Assembly (NCBI GenBank): GCA_022813965.1
Contig: JALDZS010000130.1
Location: 52,257 to 72,256 of the forward strand
DNA: 20,000 nucleotides
Reading direction: 5' to 3'
Source: Toensbergia leucococca
Lineage: Eukaryota
Position 1 is the stretch's first letter, and every line of letters begins with the position of its first letter. The position numbers and the translations under genes are program-made. Shown in pieces: positions 18,160 to 20,000 of the stretch. Below the pieces are notes generated by a model. That model was given only the letters and a program-made list of their open reading frames with translations, had not been told where the DNA came from and ran no database searches.

Positions 18160-20000
18160 ATGGCACTCGTGCTTGCAAGTGCAGCAAACGTACAACCTGA
18201 TACCGCTCTGGCCCAAGCTTTACGTGACTACGAAGCTGTTCTTTCCAATGACCAGAGATCTCGATTGCATTCCCACCGTGGCTCTGTGCCGAACGCTGCC
18301 GCAGCAATCAACCTGACCACAGAAATCGACCAAGAGAATAACGGTCGTATGGGCCGTGGTGTGGGCCCGCGCTTTATCACCTTCCTTGAATCCTTACAGC
18401 AGTTTTCCTCCGTTCTTGACACGTTTGTCAGTTCTAATCCCCAGATGGCGGCCTTGGTGTGGGGAGGTGTCAAATTAGCTCTTCTGGTAAAGACTAACTA
18501 CATTTGTGGCTTCGAGAACGCCATTGACTTTTTCCAAAGGCTGTCAAAAATGTTACTTCCTATTTCGACAAGCTCTCTATGCTCTTCATGAGCATAGGAC
18601 GGACAAGCCCGCGATTCAATCAATTTGGACTTCTGTATTCCACCTCTCCTGGGCTTCAGAAGGCCTTGTGCGACTACTATGCTGTCATTGTCCACTTGTG
18701 TAAACACGTCATCGAGTTTACACAGAAGCCAGGTAAGTATTCTTTCAGACTCAAGAACTTCTAAGTTTGCCGGGATGACAAATTTCAGCCTTCTCTCAGA
18801 TATCATCGGCCTTTTTAAAACCCTTCGATGTCGAATTTGCACCCTTCCAAGGACAGCTTCAATCACTTTCTCAAGCTATCCGAGACGAGACATCGCTCGC
18901 TGCAAACCGGGCTCAAGAGCAAGAGTTCCAGCTACAAGCTTTTGAGCGTAGAGAAGCCTCCAAAGAGAGGTCATTGCTGTCAGTATTCAGGGACCGCACG
19001 GCTCAGGAACAAGAAGAAACCCAGCGATGGCGTTTGGATGCCAAATCTAGAAAGCTCAAAGAGACCCGCCGTACGTTCCTCGACGCATTGTCAGCTTATG
19101 ATCATCAGACAGCATGGAAGCAAGCACGCAAACAGTGTCTCATAGGCACCTCCACTTGGATTCAGCACACTCAAAGTTTTATTGATTGGTTGAGACGGTC
19201 ATCCTCTGCAAGTCTATGGTGTACTGGAAAATTAGGTTCCGGAAAGACTGTCTCAGCGGCTTGTGTTGTCACCCACCTTATGACAGAAGTATCATCAAAC
19301 GATGTGATTAGCTTCTTTTTTTGCAGATATGACGACCCTTTTTCATTGAAGGCGAGGACAATTATTGGAAGTCTACTCAGACAGCTACTGAACGACCTGC
19401 CCGTGGTGACCTTTGTCAAGCTGGATCAGCAGGCTAGTGACGACATCCTAGACGTGGATCAAATCGTTGATCTTTTTGAGTCAACACTCCCACGAGTACG
19501 ACAGTATTTCATCGTTGTTGATGGCTTGGATGAGTGTGATGAGTCGGAAACGAAAGACTTCTTTAAAGCTATCAAGCGTCTTCTCCAGATACCTGAACTC
19601 CGCATAAAGTTCTATTGCTCTGGTCGGCCAAACCTCGTTACATTGGTGTCGCCAAGACTCAGGCCAGACTGGCACATCATGACAGATTCCACTGAAGCCA
19701 CCACCGATATCAATCATTTCATTGACATTACACTTGAGCAGTGCCTAGAGGATGGGGACTTACGACTTGGAGATCCCGCTCTAATTCTAACGATTCAGAA
19801 TAGTCTCCGTCGAGGTGCTCAAGGAATGTATGTCCCGCGCAATCCGTAATGAAAGAGGCCGAGTGCTAATATAAAAGAGGGTTTTATGGGTTTCTTTCCA
19901 AATCCGGGATATTTGTGCTCAAACGTGTGATGAAGATATCATCAGCACTCTTAAAGATCTTCCTGAAGACTTGCCAAAGACATTTGAACGCATTCTTCGT
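18160..20000 (+). CDS. 3'-truncated fungal NLR-like STAND protein: helical N-terminal (Goodbye-like) domain plus NACHT NTPase. Exons 18160..18486, 18540..18732, 18789..19827, 19880..>20000
   Basis: N-terminal FLESLQQFSSVLDTFVSSNPQMAALVWGGVKLAL, then GTSTWI..F.DW, Walker A GKLGSGKT (19226-19249), FFFCRYDD, Walker B FIVVDGLDEC, SGRP, GAQGM|VLWV and LKDLPEDLPKTFERIL. Introns 18487..18539, 18733..18788 and 19828..19879 restore one continuous frame. Any C-terminal repeat domain lies outside the window. Confidence 0.9.

Overview
Eukaryotic, intron-containing DNA from a filamentous ascomycete (Pezizomycotina), judged from short GT-AG introns with CTRAY-type branch sites and fungal gene families. Eight protein-coding genes can be modelled by hand, most of them split across several ORF-track entries. 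In order: (1) the 3' part of a Cys-rich, Ser/Thr-stalk single-pass membrane protein; (2) UTP25, 3 exons; (3) a 626-aa low-complexity hypothetical protein; (4) a convergent Nat2/DUF1279 (FAM210-like) gene, 2 exons; (5) after a ~3.5-kb interval with no credible gene, a 99-aa small protein; (6, 7) two convergent secreted Cys-rich proteins, 3 exons each; (8) the 5' part of a NACHT-type NLR-like (STAND) gene. I see no transposon, tRNA, rRNA or CRISPR. I cannot demonstrate a complete new system. The best leads are a secreted protein with three NET..C-x6-Y-x2-C (Cx9C) repeats and two alternative C-termini across a C8 tract, an effector-like/NLR gene neighbourhood, sharp C-rich to G-rich strand-composition switches with lengthened introns around both convergent gene pairs, an odd GAG acceptor needed by the NLR gene, and a possible structured RNA at 9.69-9.83 kb.
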